Source: Lama guanicoe (Eukaryota). From it: DNA of 64,000 nucleotides. Positions 63,170-64,000 of this stretch are shown piece after piece. The translations under genes were made by a program, and so were the position numbers. The notes below the pieces were generated by a model, which had not been told where the DNA came from, did not search any database, and saw only the letters and a list, made by a program, of their open reading frames with translations. Position 1 is the stretch's first letter. Each line of letters begins with the position of its first letter. The stretch lies in contig MU053652.1 of the NCBI GenBank assembly GCA_013239625.1, forward strand, positions 1,490,001-1,554,000. Reading direction: 5' to 3'.

Positions 63170-63550
63170 CTCAGTTTCCGTGGCGGTGGAGCGCTGATCA
63201 CGATTCCCTCCTCAGAAGCTTCTAGGATAGATACCCCAAAGGTCCTTAGAGCACAGAGGCTGAGACAGGGCAGAATTGGGTTGGATGCCTTTCCTCCTCT
63301 CTCGCCTCTGGCCAGCAAGCACAAAAGCAGCTGCGGTGCTTTGCAGGAGGGCTGCAGAGAGGCGACGTGCAGCCCTGAGCTGGGTGTGTGGTGCGTGGCG
63401 CAGGCGCGCTGGGCATGTGGTGGTCAGTGTCAGGTAGAGAGCACTGCCTCAGTCGGGAGGGCCAGGGGGAGGATAACAAGGGGTGCCACACATTATCTGC
63501 CGCTGCTTTCCCCAGAGAGGCTGAAAATCTTTGAAAGGGTCACTCCGGGG
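63170..63550. promoter_or_regulatory. Locally CpG-enriched, repeat-free block with an NRF1-like motif
   Basis: Visibly more CpGs than the surrounding DNA. GCGCAGGCGC at 63398-63407, followed by GA and TG repeats. Confidence 0.3.
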
Positions 63551-64000
63551 AAGGAGTGTAACTAGATGAGTCTGGCTGATGGAGAGAGAGAGAGAGGAAA
63601 TAACATGCACGCGTGTGCGTGTGTGTGTTCGTGTGTCTGTTAGTTTTTCTTCCTCTGGTTAAAATAGGGTCTCCCAGCTCTGGGACATGAAAAGAAAGGG
63701 AGAAAAACCACAAAGGGGGAGATCAGCTCAGGGAATAAGGGGCAGGTGCTAGTGGCAGAGATGTGGAGAGAACGTGTCAGAAGACAGATCTGCAAGTAAA
63801 CAGCAGAAATGACTATTTGTTGTAGCCAAAGCCGTCAGCTGACCGTGAGATGAAAGCCTATCATCCAGAGGCCTTTGGGGACCCTTCAGACCAGGGTACT
63901 CCTGACAGCCTGCGGATGGGCCGGAGCATCCACACTCAGCCGGGAGCACGGGCCGCCCGATGTCTCACAGCCCCGGCCGGGGTGGAGAGGCCCTGAGAGA

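Noticed and set aside
1..64000. CRISPR array, operon-like system, intact ERV or transposase ORF, miRNA or snoRNA
   Set aside because: No regularly spaced repeat-spacer array, no long intact ORFs, all LTRs are solo, and no known small-RNA sequence was recognised by eye. An Infernal/Rfam scan would be needed to exclude small RNAs.

Overview
Mammalian nuclear DNA, most likely camelid (alpaca/llama/camel): there are two copies of a tRNA-derived Vic-1-type SINE and several short, young L1 3' tails. I recognise no protein-coding gene, RNA gene or processed pseudogene. The ORF-track entries look like chance ORFs in non-coding or repeat DNA. The window reads as a large intron or intergenic interval with many ancient repeats (MIR, L2, L3/CR1, L1M, MaLR/ERVL/ERV1 LTRs, hAT and Tigger DNA transposons), several of them nested and some with visible TSDs or TIRs. 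The best leads in unique sequence are an 18-nt microexon or recursive-splice-like cassette at 58526-58543, an HMG-box-like peptide behind a splice acceptor at 30000-30077 (minus strand), homeodomain-motif-dense enhancer-like blocks (about 3.2-3.6, 13.1-13.3 and 41.35-41.46 kb) and a CpG/NRF1-like element near 63.4 kb. I cannot support a claim of a new biological system from sequence alone. Repeat family names come from recalled consensus sequences and boundaries are approximate unless a TSD or TIR is cited.
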